Assembly: GCA_964036045.1 (NCBI GenBank)
Contig: OZ038378.1
Span: 21,018,001 to 21,082,000 of the forward strand
Length of the DNA: 64,000 nt
Source: Eutreptiella sp. 'Long Island Sound 2002'
Taxonomy: Eukaryota; Protista; Euglenida
Direction: 5' to 3'
The notes below the pieces were generated by a model. It did not search any database and was not told the DNA's origin. It saw only the letters and a list, made by a program, of their open reading frames with translations. This document shows positions 61,735 to 64,000 of the stretch, one piece after another (the first letter of the stretch is position 1; every line of letters begins with the position of its first letter). Position numbers and translations under genes: made by a program.

Positions 61735-64000
61735 CGCTCAACACGCACGGCACACACGACCCACTTCACACACAGCATACACTGCAACACAAGCAACTAA
61801 TTGCGGTGAATGATTGATTGCAGGGGGTCCACACAGGAATTTGCGATGGCTCACAGGATTACCGCCCTCCGGAATTAGATATCTCCCTAGTGTACCGCCA
61901 CCAATCATCCAGTTTCATCAAATGCAATCCCCTTGCAGTTCATCGCACTGGCAACCCTCTGGCTCCACAGGTATGCAGACCCTGCACAGCGCGCGCAGAT
62001 GCAGATGTACATCAGCAAGCGGAAGGCACTGATGACGTCCTCCAAACCCGTGTACATTTCCGTCCTGCCCTCCGCCATGATCACAAGACCCATCCTCTAC
62101 GGCTGCTGGTTTGGGAAGAACGATCCCCGCAACACCGTTCAGCAACTCACCGATGCTTTCCAGACCGAGAATCGCGCGGTTGCTCTCGCTGCCCGCCTCT
62201 TGAGACCCTCCCTTTGCCTCACCCTTTCCAATCTCTCTCGCTTTGCCTCCCCTGCACCCTCCCACCACATCCCTGTCTGAGGCTTCTTAGAAGACCACCA
62301 CATCCCTGCGTGTGGCTGCTTGCCACAAACCCCCCACGTCCCTGGGATGTGGAGGGGTAGTGCGTTGTTTGATGGTTTACAAAACCTGCACGCTGACCAG
62401 TTTGCAGGGGATCGCGATTATTGGGGGTGTGGGGTGTGGGCAAGCCCAACAAATCCGTTATGCACGTTCACCAGGTGCAATGCAAAGTTTCAGATGCCCT
62501 GAGATATGGCACACGGATGGTGGTCCGTCCCCCCTTCATACCCCTCGTGCCCCCCCTCAACTGATCATGTGATTCCCTGCTTCTCCCTCCTCGACCCCCA
62601 CCCACTGTTGCGCCGCCATCCCCAGTCCCAACTCCATTTTGTGCAGGTGCTCAAGGCCGCCATTCTGGCGCTGGAGACCCTGAAGGGGCGCAACGAGCCG
62701 GTGATTGAGGTCAAGTCCCGCTCGGACTACATCACGCAGTCGGTCCGCCGCCTGTCCGACTGGACGCAGAACGGGTGGCTCTCAGCGGACGGCCGTCCCA
62801 TCGCGAACCGCGACCTTTGGAAGAGGGTGTGGAGCCTGCTACAGACGATGGACACGGAGGTGTGCTCTGGGCCCTGTTCTCTACTCGGGCCCTCCGCCCT
62901 GCGCCCATGTCTCCATGCCCACCCTATGCTCTGATCTCCGCCCCTGTCCTTTGCCCCTGTCAACGGAGGCGCGGGTGCCAGTGGCCATGCGGCACGGCTG
63001 CTGATCGACGTTCCCCGGGTGGAATCCTAAGGTGGGGGAGGGGAACCTCCAGAAGGGATGCGCCTGGGCAGGGTGCTCGTTTATGGCCCGATCTTTTTTG
63101 TTTTTTTTGGGGGGGGGGCGCTTACAAGCGCTCTTAGGGAGCCCCCCCAAAAACTGCCCAACCGCCGTCGATTACCCTCTAACTGCCTTCGGTTACCGTC
63201 CAACCGCCGTTGGTAACCGCCGGAATGTAACCGAGTGCATGAGCACCCATTTTGCCTGTTTTGTTTCAAGTAGGGAGCGCTCGGCACCTGAGAGAGAGTG
63301 GGGGCGTACGGACAGGATGTGCGGGCTTGTGGGCGGTGCCCACCTTCCACCTCCCCTTCTAAAAAAAATGATGCCTTCGTTATGTCTTCCCCCCTACAAT
63401 ATGCCTCTGTCTCTGCTGCTGCCCAAGGCCTACACTTTTCCCTGCGCCCCTTTCGCCCCCCCCTCAGTGCGTGTCCCCACCCCCGCCGCCTGCTTGTTTC
63501 TTCCCCCCCACCGTATCAGATGTTGTGTAGCTCAGCTGTCATGCACCTGACACCCGGTCTAGGGATACCAGGTTCGAATCCTGGGGGCACCGGGTGACGA
63601 ACACTCCAACCGACGTGGCTCGGCACGAGTGCGACAGCTGGGCGTCCACCCTCCCACAGCCCTCAGATTAGCAAGAAGAACGGGTCGCTAGACCTGGAGA
63701 ACGCCCAGGACGGCACCTCACCCCTGCCCCTCCCCTATCCCCCTGTCTCCGCGGCTGCACGTCTCTGCCGGTCTCGTCGCAGGTGATCTGGAGGTACCTC
63801 CCCCTGGCGTCTGACCTGGCCTTGCAAGCCTCACTCTTCTCCCCCGCACTGCTCCCGGACACCATCCCCACGCTGCCCCCCACGCCCCCCAAGACCACGG
63901 TGGCGTACAGCAGCGTGATCTGGCCCAAGGGCAAGGGCGCCCAGGCCGTGTACGGCATCTGGTTCGGGCCCAAAGACCCGCGCAACATTGTGGGGCTCAC
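57153..64000 (+). CDS. Protein with a bipartite signal/transit-like presequence and at least 3 tandem catalytically degenerate RNase H1-like domains (runs off the window)
   Basis: Phase-compatible GT-AG exons 57153-57593, 58814-58975, 59512-59738, 61971-62178, 62647-62859 and 63783->64000. Repeated WFG.xDPRN (three times), TENRA, W..NGW....I.N..LW and V.WRY, all RNase H1 motifs. Confidence 0.85.
59052..59215 (+). repeat. Microsatellite (TGGTA)n, about 33 units, intronic
   Basis: Direct observation. Confidence 0.98.
63050..63290 (+). repeat. Dispersed repeat family member (aaccgccgt..gttacc motifs), related to 21060-21310
   Basis: Shares blocks with the reverse complement of the 21-kb copy. 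Confidence 0.55.
63519..63591 (+). pseudogene. Degenerate tRNA-like sequence, possible SINE head
   Basis: A-box-like tagctcagctg and a perfect T-arm ccagg-ttcgaat-cctgg; poor acceptor, D and anticodon stems. Confidence 0.45.

Overview
Eukaryotic, transposon-dense genomic window with GT-AG introns and many G/C homopolymer runs. A photosynthetic euglenozoan (euglenid-like) source is plausible but only inferred, from VIPER/TATE-like retroelement gene order and a bipartite plastid-like presequence. Host genes, both on the + strand: (1) the 3' part of a single-pass membrane protein with three TSP1 repeats and two copies of an unrecognised Cys/Trp module (exons 2053-14943); (2) the 5' part of a gene (57153 to window end) encoding a signal/transit-like presequence plus at least three tandem RNase H1-like domains that lack the catalytic acidic residues. 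Between them is a nested element stack. Two tyrosine-recombinase (YR) retrotransposons with gag-YR-RT/RNaseH order and split direct repeats occupy 27447-41419 and 42140-46911. A 6,674-bp DNA transposon (29497-36170; 25-bp perfect TIRs, 5-bp TSD CCCGA) is inserted in the YR gene of the first; it carries a DDE-type transposase gene, a second unknown five-exon gene and about nine copies of a GGGCACTGCAGTGCCC palindrome. An L1/Tx1-like LINE with RNase H (48940-55612) is flanked by a 1.75-kb near-identical duplication that contains the start of host gene 2. All calls come from reading the sequence; no searches were run.
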